A stretch of 64,000 nt of DNA, from positions 219,108,001-219,172,000 of the forward strand of contig OX597814.1 in the NCBI GenBank assembly GCA_951406725.2, in the 5' to 3' direction. The notes under the pieces were generated by a model. The model had not been told where the DNA came from and did no database searches. It worked only from the letters and a program-made list of their open reading frames with translations. This stretch comes from Octopus vulgaris (Eukaryota). Shown piece by piece: positions 13,684-27,624 of the stretch; the stretch's first letter is position 1; each line of letters starts with the position of its first letter. A program made the translations under genes and the position numbers.

Positions 13684-14471
13684 TGTTAAGTACATTTAAG
13701 GATGGCAATGAAGAAGAACCAATGAGTCTATGGCCATCGAAGTGAGAAGTTCATAGACACAAGAATAATACCAGTTCGTAGCCAATAGTACACGGTGGTT
13801 GAAATACTGTATGAAGAAGTCACGGCCATGATGCTGAGCCGGTTACAGGTACATGTCGTACGTGAAGTCGTGGATGCGATGCTGCGGCATGGGTCACTTG
13901 GTACAGGAGTTGATGCTGTTGATCCGTGGTGAAGTAATTCACGAACACTAAAGTGTTGGAACCTTGGTGAATTTCTTGCTGAGCTGTGTACGTAGAGAGA
14001 TGATGTCGACGACGTTAAGAAGGGCGACGAAGAAGGAGGTTGCCGTGATGCTGTTGGACGGAGTTGGTAAGTCTCAACACTTGGTAGAGGTGTTGTCTGG
14101 CGTTGTCGCTGGCACTGGCTGTGTTTTTGTGGTCAGTTGCTAGACCTGTAAACTTAAAACTTAAAAGGTCTGGAATCAAAGACTTCGAAACGAGGAAAAG
14201 CTGAGTTTTTTTTATTTTTATAAGGTGCAGTAGGTTCAAACGGGGTGGTAAAAAGGCTGTCCCACGTGATTCTACTTAGGGCCTTCGACTGGTTATACGC
14301 GGTAAGTTGGTTCAACAGAGTAAGAGACAAATTGCGCTAATACTAACCAATCAGAGTACTGGACATAACAAGATCCAAATAGCGGCCAAATGCTAGCTGT
14401 TCCCTGCTACGTTCGAATGCACATATATATAATAAAAAGGAGAGAGGAATTACAACCAAATCTACGCTACA
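13684..14471 (-). mobile_element. Possible solo LTR
   Basis: TG...CA bounded, CpG-rich non-coding block; the minus strand has ATTGG, CACGTG and TATAAAAATAAA in promoter order; no TSD found. Confidence 0.3.
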
Positions 14472-14795
14472 CTTTTGTTTACGAAAAGAATAAATATTTT
14501 GTTTATCAGAAATTTTCACAGATATCAGTGTTCTTCTTCGTAGTCATTGGATTGTGACCTTGCTGGAGCATCGTCTTGAAATGTCTCGTCGATTTAAAGC
14601 TAGATGCTTATTCTTTTAGTCTCTTCTACCGAACCACTAAGTTACAGGGACGTAAACAATCTGACACCGATTGCCAGGCAGTGGTGGCTGGACAAACACA
14701 CAGATACACACACATATTTATACGTACACACACTCACGCTGAGCTTCCACACAGTTTCCGTCTATAAAACTTACAAGGCATTGGTCGGTTTAAGG

Positions 14796-16997
14796 TAGGC
14801 GTCGGCAACCTAAACCAGGCCGCGGGCCACTGGGCCACACCTAGGTCACCTCGCGGGCCGCACCCCCCTCCCAATCCGAAAAAATAACAAACACACAAAC
14901 TCAATGATAATAAATGGAAATGGAATCTTTATTAAGACTTGCAATAATCACAATGTGGAACGATTAATGTGAAGGCTGGTGATTCTTTGAAACAGATAGA
15001 GAGACAGTGTCCGACTTGATGGACGAGGAGGAGAACGTCTGGAAGATGAGCGTCCGTACGCTGTGCTCCCGTCTTGTCCTCCGTCAACTTCATGCGGCTG
15101 AACAGCTGCTCACAAGAGTATGCGGACCCGAACAATGAAGCTAAGCGCAGGGCCTCCCGAAAAAGAGCCGGGAAAGCACGGGAGGCGAGCATCAGAACTC
15201 CATGGGCGACACACGCGCAAACTTTGCGCGGTGGATCTCTGAGCACCGGAGCACAATGAGCTCCAGCTGAAGGTCGTCGGCCACTTCCACAGAATCCACA
15301 TCAAAGGGAGCGGAGAATAGCTTGAGCATCTTCTCACAGGCGCGCACATCTTTGAAGCGCCTCTCGAACTCGCCTCGCAGCTCAGACAGGTCAGCAGCGT
15401 AGCGACGGCAGGCAGTGGGGGGTCGGGCGCAGCTCAGCCAAGCGGCCGAAGTGAGTAAATTTCCTCTGGTTGAACTGATGCTCCCACAGATGAAGTTTGC
15501 ATTCGAATGCCTTCACGCGAGCGAAGAGATCGGGTACCAAGATGTCTTTACTCTGCAGCTGGATGTTCAGCTCGTTTAGATGTCCAATAATGTCCACCAG
15601 GGACCTGAGGTCACACACCCATGCGGGATCCTCGAACTGACGGACAGGATTGCCCTTCTCTCGCAGGAAAGACGCCAGCTCACCCCTCAAGTTGAAGACT
15701 CTCTCCAACATCTTTCCTCGGCTGAGCCAACGGACCTCGCAGAAGTAGATCAGGTCGCCGAACTTTGCCTTAGCGCCATCCAAGAGAGCGCGGAACTGTT
15801 TGTGGTTGAGAGCATGGGTGCAAGCAAAGTTCACAGTCCTGACAACAACAGTCATGATCTCTGTAATGGTCACAGACTTGGCACACAGAGCCTACTGGTG
15901 TACCAGACAGTAAAAGCGCTTCACATCCTGCTGGTGTCCAAAGCTGCGCAGGTACTTCACAAGAAGCGCCGCAAAGCTCTTTTTGTCCCCGACCATGGCG
16001 GGCACTCCGTCAGTCGTGATGCTGCACATGCGAGAGAGATCCAGGTCGGCCTCCTTCAGCCAGTCTGTGACTACCTTGCACACATCGGCGCCAGTGGTGG
16101 TACCGCTGAGGGAGATGAGCCTGATGAACTCCTCAAAGATGACGAAATCATCCCTGCCGCCGCGGAAGAAGATGGCAAGCTGAGCCGTGTCCTTGATGTC
16201 AGTCGACTCGTCCAAGGCGGCGATGGAGAAGAAGCGAGCAGACTGATACATGTCCTTCGGGGTGCCCTGGACATCGGCGGCCATCTCTACGCGACGGGTC
16301 AAGGTCTTGGCAGACAGGCTGATGGCCTCAAACTCACTTGACTTGTCAGGACACACGTCCTTAACCACAGCCACCATGCATACCTTGAATAATTCGCCAT
16401 CGGTAAACGGCTTAAAAATGGTGGCCACAAGGTGTGCAACACGGTAGCTGGCCCGAGTGTTGCTCTCAGCAGCCGCTTCCGCCGAAGAGACGATCCTCTT
16501 CATGAGGGCACATTGCTTCTCCAGCTGGGCACTGAACTCTGCCTTCTTCTTCTTCTTGTCAGGCAACGCAGCTTGCTTGGGGTGCACCGAAGTGAAGTGA
16601 CATCTTCTTGAAGGAGCGGTTCTCGTCCCACAGCTTCCTCTTCTCCGCAGGTTGGCTACCTCCAGCCATCTGAAATAACGCAGAAAAATATTTATAACCA
16701 AGTCAATTGGAGTAGAAGCGAAAAATAACTTGTGATACTATACTACAGTATCGGACAAAAGGACGATCTCTTCTTTCTCTCTAACTCTATCAGAATTCTT
16801 CTCCAAAATCACGCTTATTCGGTGTCAGTATCATGAAAGTAGGACGCTGTTCTGGCTGGGGTGAAGACGGCCGCTGATTGGCTCTGTTAAATTTGCCGTC
16901 AGTTCAAAAACCCCAACGGGTCACAAGAAATGTCTCCCGGGCCGCACCTAATGGAAATCCGGACAAGGCGCCGCGGGCCGCAGGTTGCCGACGCCTG
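14796..16997 (-). mobile_element. hAT (Charlie/SPIN/GTF2IRD2-like) DNA transposon
   Basis: TIRs (T/C)AGGCGTCGGCAACCT at both ends, exact 8-bp TSD GTTTAAGG (14788-14795, 16998-17005), subterminal CGGGCC motifs; splits an older family C SINE. Confidence 0.93.
14960..16701 (-). pseudogene. hAT transposase with stop codon and frameshifts
   Basis: KPFTDGE, LDESTDIKDTAQLAIF, ITTDGVPAM, YCLVHQ followed by a stop, EVRWLSRGKMLERVF, FGSAYSCEQLFSRMK (dimerisation region). Confidence 0.9.
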
Positions 16998-17404
16998 GTT
17001 TAAGGCATTGATAGAAGACACCTGTCCGAGATGTCGCGTAGTGAGACTGAACCCGAAACCAGGTAACTGCAAGGCAAGCTTCTTAACAACCACGGGACCG
17101 TGTCTACAAGCACACGATCATAACTGTGGAGAGTTGAGGAAAATCTCAGATAATGTTCGACAATTTTTTCTGGTATATTAGCAATTTAACTCAAGTGAAA
17201 ACCACAAATCAAGACTGCATTCGTAGGTATAAAATTTTACAGACTTCATGCAAATAAATTACCCATTTATATAATAATGGTTTCTTGCATGAGTACAATA
17301 TCACATGTATTTTGGGGGAAACAAAACTGGCTACTGTGGCGTTCATGAATATTCTGAAGAACATTTTCTGCATGAGGAAGATGAATTAGATTCACTGGAT
17401 GGAT

Positions 17405-17787
17405 GGAAGCACTCCGTCGGTTACGACGACGAGGGTTCCGGTTGATCCGATCAACGGAACAGCCTGCTCGTGAAATTAACGTGTAAGTGGCTGAGCACTC
17501 CACAGACACGTGTACCCTTAACGCAGTTCTCGGGGAAATTCAGCGTGACACAGAGAGTGACAAGGCCGGCCCTTTGAAATACAGGTACAAGAGAAACAGG
17601 AAGTAAGAGTGAGAGAAAGTTGTGGTGAAAGAGTACAGCAGGGATCACCACCACGCCCTGCCGGAGCCTCGTGGATCTTTAGGTGTTTTCGCTCAATAAA
17701 CACTCACAACGCCCGGTCTGGGAATCGAAACCGCGATCCTACGACCGCAAGTCCGCTGCCCTAACCACTGGGCCATTGCGCCTCCAC
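17405..17787 (-). mobile_element. SINE family A, 3' module type 3
   Basis: tRNA head at the right end; flanking ATTA(G/A)ATTCACT duplicate. Confidence 0.88.
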
Positions 17788-19609
17788 ATTAAATTCACTA
17801 CAGAAACGAAAACGAGGTCACGAACTTAGCTAACCAACGTTCACTGTTCAGGTTTCTCCTCACGGATTAATGTACTTAATAAGAATAGAACTGCTTTATT
17901 TATCATAAGCTAGAATAGCAAACACAAACAGAAAAACTAAAATTAATATAAAACATAAACAAAATAATGATTACATTTCCGAGATGAGTAGCTAATACGA
18001 TCATCATTTTAATCTTAACATCAAAAAGGATTAAAAGGGGTATTACGTTTCGATCGCGGATCAAACCAATTAAAACGTAATGTAGATTTAAATATTATAT
18101 ATATGAAAACAAATCTCTGAAAAATAAGTATGGCTTTCCCATTTATTTAGTCTGTCATCCTACATTTCCTCTAACTCCAAGCAAGCAAAATAATAAAATA
18201 ATGAAAATGACACACCTCAAATTATTTTATAGTGTGATGAGTGTCTGATGATTTTAAATATAGGCACACGGCCTTAAATTTGAGGGCAGTTGGCTGGGGT
18301 ATAGTTGTTAAGATCGGTGCAGAACTCAACTGGGAATGTGACTCATTTTTATCGATACCGGAAAGATGAAAGTTCATAATACAGCATATGATAATGTTGT
18401 ATCTGAACAATCAAAAATCAAGAAACTTAGTTTCAATTTCTGGTTGAGATTAATTTCACTTTACGTCTGCTGCTCTCGTAAAAGTCCCGAAGTTAAAACT
18501 GCGTATACAAGTTCCATGAAAAAATATAGGACTTTTTAAGAATTATGGAGAAAAGCCTTATATCTCCACAAAACCCCGACTTATCAGCAACACAAAAGAA
18601 CAGCAAATACAACTAACCGTCGCACTCAGGGCTAGATTTAGAGCTAGTTCGGCCCCTGGGATATGGCTCATATTGGTCAGTATATAAATTCGGCACTGGT
18701 CATAACCAACGACATAAACATATCACGCGCACAACATGAGAGCTCATATACAAGACAACCGCATATACAACACACGTAGAGAATATCATTCGTAGATGCA
18801 ACATTTCGCCAACGGAAAGAAACAACAATGATGTACAATAAGACATTAGACCCATAATGAAAAGCCCCAATCAAATCCCGCCAAAGTAGATTTTGTCTTT
18901 TGTCTTACCTGTTTAATCTTGAGTATATGCTGGAAGTGCTTTTTCTGTTCACCTTGCATGCAACTTGCCTTCGGACACTTCGCTGTAAAATAGCCTCTTG
19001 GGGAGTCGTGTGTTAGGCTTTCGAACAAGGTGGCTTGCCCACCTGACTTGCGCTCTCCAACCCCGACACCTGGGAAACGCAAGTGCAAGACCTCCCTGTC
19101 TGGTGAAGCCGCACTAACAGTAGTCCCACCTCATACGAACAGAACACGGTTGCATGGGCACAAAGAAAACACGAACTGCGCAAGTCCAGAGCCACCAGTG
19201 CTCAACCCGTGGCAGAGCCTTCCAGGCACGCATCGGACTGATCGGTCACAGCCGGACACATCGTGTCCCGTCTTCTTCTCCTATGTGACGTCTTTGGTCA
19301 TCGTCGACAGCGACGGACGAACTATGACCTAGTTAATAAAATAAAGTACTAGTTAAATATCTGGATCGATATAATCTGGTGTTTCTTCCTCTTCAAAATC
19401 TCTGGCTTTTTGCCCATCGTAAGAAATCGTTTTTTTCCTTCCGCAGAATCGTTTTAGCGCATAACAAAACTCTTTATAGTATTTGTTCTGGCACTGAATA
19501 TTCTGGGTTCAAACACCGCCGATATCAGCGTTCGGGATCGATTTGTCTACCCCACTATCCCTAAACCTCTGATCTTGTGTGTCACTGTTAAAAGCAATTA
19601 TTAAAGTGC

Positions 19610-20385
19610 GGTGGATTGGCAGCATCGATAGAGCGTCGAACAAAGTGTTTTGCGGTATTTCTTTGCCTTTCATCCTTTCGGAGCCGATGAAGTAAATATC
19701 AGTTGAGCATTGGGTCGATGTAATCGAGGAAACCTTTTCCCTAAACTTGCTGGCTTTATGCCAAAATTTGAAACCATGAGCTGGCAGAATCGTTAAGCAC
19801 GCCGGGCGAAATGCTTTGCGGTATTTCGTCTGCTGCTACGTTCTGAGTTCAAATTCCGCCGAGGTCGAATTTGCCTTTCATCTTTTCGGGGTCAATTAAA
19901 TAAGTACCAGTTACGCATTGGGGTCGATATAATCGACTAAATCCGTTTATCTGTCCTTGTTTGTCCCCTCTGTCTTTAGCCCCTTGTGGGTAGTAAAGAA
20001 ATAGGTATTTCGTCTGCCGTTACGTTCGGAGTTCAAATTCCGCCGAGGTCGACTTCGCCTTTTATCCTTTTGGGGTCAATAAATTAAGTACCAGTTACGC
20101 ACTGGGGGTCGATGTAATCGACTTAATCCGTTTGTTTGTCCCCTCTATGTTTAGCCCCTCGGGGGCAATAAAGAAATAAGAATCGTTTGCATGTCGGACA
20201 AAATGATGAACGTCATTTCTTCCGGCTCTTTGCGTTTTGAGTTCAAATGCCACCGAGGATGACTTTGCCTTTCATCTTTTCGGGGTCGATAAATAAAGTA
20301 CCTGTTGATCACTGGAGTCAGCAATCGACTAACCCCTTCCCCTAAAACGTCAGGCCATGTACTTATAGAAGAAAGGATTATTATT
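19610..20385 (+). mobile_element. Cluster of nested and tandem SINE family B copies
   Basis: At least four GCCTTT(C/T)ATC(C/T)TTT(C/T)GG cores. Confidence 0.8.
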
Positions 20386-20887
20386 GTTAGTTGTTGTTGT
20401 TAATTAGCTCCAGTTAATCTTTGATCGGAAAGACTTAAAATCAATGGTGTTCTAACCATGACCATCTAGCCTTCACTCCGGATTGTATACATAGGACATC
20501 CCTTACTTATGATGGCAAAGTGTGATTTGAAGGGAATTTGGTTACTATTTTTAGCAGGGCGGGCATGTGACTGCGACGACGCTCCCTTACTGGCTAAGGG
20601 ATTGTATTAGTAGCTGACGAAGTATGAATCACTACCAGGATTGGTAGAAGTGGAATGACTAGCTAGGTAGATTCAGAAGCCTCGTGACTAATTGCGTATG
20701 GCGTTTTAGTTTAAGCCCTTACAGCTTAGGCCACACATACGGAAGCGCTGCTTCCGATGTTAACAGCAAGGCAGCAATGTTATGGGCAGATCTGTTTCGC
20801 TGATGAGGTCAAAATATTAAAGTATATTTCGAGTTGTCTTCAGGACTAAGGGAATAACCAAACTTTTGCTAGTCAGTGACACTATTA

Positions 20888-20914
<27 letters not shown>

Positions 20915-20920
<6 letters not shown>

Positions 20921-21323
20921 TCTTTTACTTGTTTCAGTCATTTGACTGCGGCCATGCTGGAGCACCACCTTTAGTCGAGCAAATCGACCCCGGGACTTAT
21001 TCTTTGTAAGCCCAGTACTTATTCCATCGGTCTCTTTTGCCGAACCGCTAAGTGACGGGGACGTAAACACACCAGCATCGGTTGTCAAGCAATGCTAGGG
21101 GGACAAACACAGGCACACAAACATATACACACACACATATATATATATATACATATATAAGACAGGCTTCTTTTAGTTTCCGTCTACCAAATCCACTCAC
21201 AAGGCATTGGTCGGCCCGGGGCTATAGCAGAAGACACTTGCCCAAAATGCCACGCAGTGGGACTGAACCCGGAACCATGTGGTTGGTTAGCAAGCTACTT
21301 ACCACACAGCCACTCCTGCGCCT
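20915..21323 (-). mobile_element. tRNA-derived SINE family C with internal (TA)/(CA) tract
   Basis: Head GGAGTGGCTGTGTGGTAAG..GGGTTCAGTCCC, TTGGGCAAGT (CORE-like), tail GTAAAAGAG repeats. Confidence 0.85.
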
Positions 21324-21713
21324 ATTGCTGTCTTTTTTTTTATTATTCTTCACCTCATCGCACAAGTTTTTATCGTAAGCTTTTTAATACTTCCAGCATG
21401 TTCACATGAACATCGGTTGCTCGACGTAATCCGTTGTCTAGCTTAACATCACCGCCTAGTCTTAATTGCAGTAAGCAGAGGTCACTCAGTTAGAGCCATT
21501 CAGACCAAGGTCTTCTGTCTGAGGATAATTTTCTCCCTTCCTTCGACCAATGTCGGAGATCCTGAGAGAAAAAAAAGGATGAGGTCATAGGGAGTGACCT
21601 TCCATCCCTGACTAAATTGAAAAAAAAAAAAAAGATCTTCACAAAAGAATATAAATCAGAGCTTAAATAAAACAGAGAATGTTTGTCGATTCCCCCGTGT
21701 CATTATTTCGAAG

Positions 21714-22088
21714 TGGAGGCGCAATGGCCCAGTGGTTAGGGCAGCGGACTCGCGGTTTCGATTCCCAGACCGGGCGTTGTGAGTGTTTATTGAGCGAAAA
21801 CACCTAAAGCTCCACGAGACTCCGGCAGGGGATGGTGGTGATCCCTGCTGTACTCTTTCACCACAACTTTCTCTCGCTCTTTCTTCCTGTTTCTCTTGTA
21901 CCTGTATTTCAAAGGGCCGGCCTTGTCACTCTCTGTGTCACGCTGAATATCCCCGAGAACTACGTTAAGGGTACACGTGTCTGTGGAGTGCTCAGCCACT
22001 TACACGTTAATATCACGAGCAAGCTGTTCCGTTGATCGTATCAGCTGGGACCCTCATCGTCGCAACCGACGGAGTGCTCCTATCCTAT
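21714..22088 (+). mobile_element. SINE family A, type 3
   Basis: TSD TATTTCGAAGT; short deletion in the tRNA head. Confidence 0.88.
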
Positions 22089-22606
22089 ATTTCGAAGTAT
22101 GACTTGACGTAAAATAAAGTTAGGTTGGTTCGACAGACTGATAGTAAACTTCGTGGCGCAGTTTCGGCTTTTGGTTGTGTCATTTCACTAAACTGTTACC
22201 CCTTTGTTTTCTCAACCTTTTATTTTGGGACAGTTGATAGCTCACCATTGTAGTGACATTTACTTCTTGATGTTCCATGGAGCGTATCTCGCCAAAGTCA
22301 ACTTTGCTTTTCGTCCCTCTGGGGGCCATAAAATAGAGTACTAGTCTAGTATTGAGGCTGATGGTATCAACTAGTCTACTCTTCTTAAAACTGATAGCCT
22401 GGTGCCTCAATAAGAAACACAGAAACACGGGCAAAGCAATACAAAAGGGCCCCTACATGTGCACATACATTATTTAACTCGTGGGGTCCCTAGGTAACTA
22501 TCCAGTGGGCCCATTCCTCAAGAGAGCACCGCAGCCCTTACCTTAAAGGTAAAAGATTTGAAACAAACAAATGCATTCACATCACGTCTGTGTGTGTGTG
22601 TGTGTG

Positions 22607-22970
22607 TGAAGGCGCAATAGCCCAGTGGTTAGGGCAGCAGACTCGCGGTCGTAGGATCGCGGTTTCGATTCCCAGACCAGGCATTTGAGTGTTTATTGAG
22701 CGAAGACACCTACATCTCCACGAGGCTCCGGCAGTGGGTGGTTGCGAACTCTGCTGTACTCTCTCACCACAACTTTTTCTCACTCTTTCTTCTTGTTTCT
22801 GTTGTACCTGTATTTCAAAGGGCCAGTCTTGTCACACTGAATCTCCCCAAGAACTACGTTAAGGGTAGACGTGTCTGTGGAGTGCTCAGCCACTTGCACA
22901 TTAATTTCACGAGCAGGCTGTTCCGTTGATTAGATCAACTGGAACCTTCGCCATCGTAACCGACGGAGTG
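22607..22970 (+). mobile_element. SINE family A, type 3 (more diverged)
   Basis: Same head and body as 21714. Confidence 0.85.
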
Positions 22971-22976
22971 TCTCGA

Positions 22977-23008
<32 letters not shown>

Positions 23009-24175
23009 AATTATTATTATTATATATATATATATATCGAGACAATTATTATTATTATTATATATATATAATAATAATAATAATTATTATTATTATACAT
23101 ATATATATGTTTTGATATGTGATATGTTGACTATAATTTCCTGTAACCCTTTTAACCACTCACTTTCAACAGTTTCACAACTTTGCGAAGAAATAACAGA
23201 TTTCTTATCAGACCATTACTAAATGGATCACCGTCGGTTTCGACGATGAAGATTCAGTTGTTCCATCAACTGAGTTACACAAATTACTGTGTAAGTGGTT
23301 GAGTATTCCAAAGACAGGTGTACCCTTAATGTAAATCTCAAGCATCATCTTAAATGTTGATTCTTTAATTAGAAAATAACCTGCACCTCAAGAGCCAGTG
23401 TCTTCGACGCTAACCAATAGAATTTCTTCTCGTTACTACCCTTAATAAAGAGGTTTAATGGATTTTAACCCTTTCGTCTTCACAGTACACAGTTATATTT
23501 TCTCTCCGGATTTATAAAAGGAAAAAAAAAAGTTTTAAGTAGTTGAAGCTATCATTAGTTGCGTTTTTAAACGACAACGAAACATTTCCTTAATGACATA
23601 AAAACAGTTATCGGCGAACTAAGTTCGCATTCTAAAGCATTCATCCCACACCGTCAATAAATTTGAGATATTTCAAGAGGATGATAGGAAAGCATGAACG
23701 CCAAAACCCATCATTCATATGTGTTTATACTTACATAAAAAACACTTCGTGTAAAATTAGGCAGTACTTTCTTGATGTATCGAGTAGTTGTCCCACTTTC
23801 GATTCCCTATTTCGGTTCGCCTAAATTGTCAATGAGGAGAAACAGACACATTGTCACATTCCGCGCCCACCCCAACCATTTTCTCCTCAAAAAATGTGAA
23901 GATTTACGCATATGTTACTCATCATTACCATTATAACATCCATGCATATATATCGATTTCTAAGCCGTACACCGACAGATGTGCGGGGAAGAAGAATGTG
24001 ATTATGTGACATGCAAACACTTGCCACTTATTAATATAAGTGAAAGGAAACAATTCCAACCAGCCAAAGAATGAAGAGGGATTCGGTTCACCGCAAAACA
24101 AGCTCCGAAGAATGACAGGAGAAATTACACGGGCAAAAGTCTATATGAAAAACAAATGTTCCCCAGAACTTGACA

Positions 24176-24232
<57 letters not shown>

Positions 24233-24479
24233 ACCTGAACTGTCCGTGATTGCGCAAAAAGAATTAAAAAACCAAAACTTCAACAAAGATTAAGGTAGTT
24301 ATTAAGCAAACTAATTTGTTAATTAAAACAGTGCTGTGACAGTGTGTAGCATCGCCTTCCTTCTTCTTCTGCTGTCAAAGACGGTGTGGAATGGAATAAT
24401 ATATAAAAGAAACAAACAACAAGAACAACAAAGAACCAAAAAACAATTAGCGTAGATATATTGATGCAGTGATCTGAGA

Positions 24480-25147
24480 GAGAGACTTCTTGCAGTGAGC
24501 ATTGCTTCCGCACTGGCGCAAACACCCAGTCACAATATAGTTCCCGGAAAAACGCAGTCGGTCGTTGAAGGATTCTGCTTTCGATATGAAATCCCTGCTA
24601 GATTGTCTTTTTCGCTTAAATATAATGTATGTTTCTGTTTTCGTCTTCGCTCCGTATATTTTATTGTAACAGTGACCTTCAGCAGCATCTGTGATTAGTA
24701 GTTGTTGTAGTAGTAATAATAATATTATTAATAATAATAATAATAATAATTAATATTATTATTATTATTATTTAAAATAATGGTGATGAAGATGATAATG
24801 AAATCGTTGTCCCCACGAACTGATAACCCGTGTACGCGATACTAAAACCTTCATGTTCACCAGTGGTGTCTGTGTTCCTCGGTGTGTCTGTAACACTTAG
24901 TCGTATCTTCCTCTGACGTGATGGTCGCAGCGTAAAACGAAAGTAACTGATCACTGGATTACTAAAATAATCTCATTTCACTGTTACACACACACACCGA
25001 TTCATAAATACACACACACAAACACACGCACGCACACACAATTTCTTTGTGTATATACACATGTATACATGATATACATATGTGCGCGTGTATACATCTA
25101 CATGTTTAAATAAACCTCCGTCAGATAGAACTGGGCATACAAAGAAG
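24480..25147 (+). promoter_or_regulatory. Putative promoter and non-coding first exon of TMEM164
   Basis: CpG-retaining, largely non-TE sequence ending in a perfect donor GAAG|GTAAGT at 25147/25148. The TMEM164 ATG exon has a splice acceptor and so needs an upstream exon, and CpG depletion starts shortly downstream. The start coordinate is approximate. Confidence 0.45.
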
Positions 25148-25502
25148 GTAAGTTTCCCCCTTACATGTTTATAGAGTATTTTGTGGGAACAAGCATGCTT
25201 GTGTACATCGTTATAAGTTTTTGAATGTCTCACATATATATCTAAAGAATTCACAGATCTCTACCCGATGTTTACTAGAGGACATACCATTATCTTCCTC
25301 TCGATATTAGGAATTGTGAAATTAGACACATTTTCTTTTCCTCTCATTCTCGCTATGTTTATCTGTCTATCATGCCTGGATTTTTTTCTGTTCATTTTTG
25401 TTTTCTTTCTTTAGCAAGAATGAATGAATGAATGAATTTATATATCAGTGTGCATACGTATGCATATGTAAATTTATCATATAATGTGAGTACGCGCATG
25501 TG

Positions 25503-25564
<62 letters not shown>

Positions 25565-26919
25565 GTAGCAGGACACAGCATGCTAATAGTGTTTTTGTTT
25601 GGTTAGTTGTATATCATCTCTCTGCCTCTCACACATAAATATAGTGACTGCTATATATACCAAAATACATGCGTTCATACAAGGACAAAGCAGCAAATTC
25701 GTTTTTCTAACTTCTGTCTCTCTCTCTCTCTCCAATAAACATAAAAATAGGTTTATTATTCATTTGCTACTCTGCAAGCGTTTATTATACACGCAGCAAA
25801 ACACGTTGTTAAGAGAATGACAATGTTTAGAAATTGGATAATGTTTCGGCATTGTGTGTGTGTGTGTATACGCACAAAGCTAAAACATACACACACCGTT
25901 GTGGTATAATCCTTTACTCATCATCCACACAAACCATTTATTCTCATGCAATCACTTGCCCAAACACACGCACGCACTTGCATCATACCATGCATGTGTT
26001 AGGGTCTTCTCTCGCTTCTCAATATACCTTTCACAATCCATATCTAAAACATGATATAACGATTTAGAACCTCAGAGGCAAGCTTATCAAAGTCGCCGAG
26101 GCCTTTGTTGTGCTCTGTGTGTTATATGAGTTGCATGTCAGCTGTTAAGTGTCTTCGAGTTAGTCACCACCACCACCACCATCGCCACCAACACACAGCA
26201 TTATCACAATAGAATGGTGATTCGGTCGTGGTATCCCTTACTGACTGACTATCTTTACGTCTCTTATCGTTTCACTGATACATCATCACCTCACAATACA
26301 ACACGCATGCAGAAAACAGTTTGCTACCCCTACACAATTTATTAGAAAACGTGAAGTTGAGATTCAAACAAGATCGGAAACTTAAAAAAAAAATACAAAC
26401 ACACATCTAGCCAATTTTGAGTCGGTATTTATCACCCTTTTTTTTCTCTTTTGTCGCGTATATATACTATGTATATATACTATATATATATATATATATA
26501 CTATATATTTATAAGTGTTATCAGATATAGAATTAGTGAACGGGCACATTAGTTATAATACTTGGTTGTATCTCAATTTCAAATTGATTTGCAGATGATG
26601 GAAAGCAACGTGGATAGATATTTTACATTTATTAGGTTTTTTTTCTCTTCGTTTTGAGGAATAATTTATTTTTAGAATGGGTCTATTTATAGAAATTTAT
26701 CTCAGCTATATAAACGATTTTCTACTCGGTTGAAAGAGGGTTAACTGGAACCTTGTAATGTATTATGCGCTTGCAGCTCGAATTAGCAGTATTAAAATCA
26801 AGTGAAATGCTTTCAAACGTATTGAAATCGCTGCGTACATTTCCATAATATCACACACACACACACACACACAGTATTTACGCCACTTTCCCCTTTCATA
26901 TATATATATCAATGAACAG

Positions 26920-26923
26920 TGAA

Positions 26924-26977
<54 letters not shown>

Positions 26978-26995
26978 ATACATGTATATTATATA

Positions 26996-27066
<71 letters not shown>

Positions 27067-27344
27067 ATATATACAATACACATGTATATTTTATATATAT
27101 ATATATAATATATACAATACACATGTATAATATATATATTGTACATATATTATATATATATATATTGTACATATATTATATATATATATATATACATACA
27201 TATTGTACATTTATATATATTATACATAAATATATTATACATATTGTATATATATTATACATATATATATATTATACATATATATTATACATATATTATA
27301 CATATTGTATATATATTATACATAAATATATTATACATATTGTA

Positions 27345-27387
<43 letters not shown>

Positions 27388-27583
27388 TATACATATTGTA
27401 TATATATTATACATATATATATTATACATATATATTATATATATATATATATTATATTATACATATTGTATACATATATTATACATATATATATATATAT
27501 ATTATATGTATGCATATATATATTATTTTATATATATATATAAATAATTTCATGTCTGTCTATCTACATTCTCTCTCTTTATA

Positions 27584-27620
<37 letters not shown>
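26920..27620. repeat. Degenerate (TA)n-rich low-complexity tract
   Basis: Directly visible; TATATTATACA subunits. Confidence 0.95.

Positions 27621-27624
<4 letters not shown>

Noticed and set aside
15580-16341. 253-aa plus-strand ORF
   Set aside because: Antisense shadow of the GC-rich hAT transposase
20790-20870. CTGATGAG hammerhead-like core
   Set aside because: No correctly placed GAAA or closing stems
21783-22035. Recurrent ORFs MFIERKHLK.. and MVVIPAVLFHHN.. suggesting a gene family
   Set aside because: They are translations of SINE family A copies
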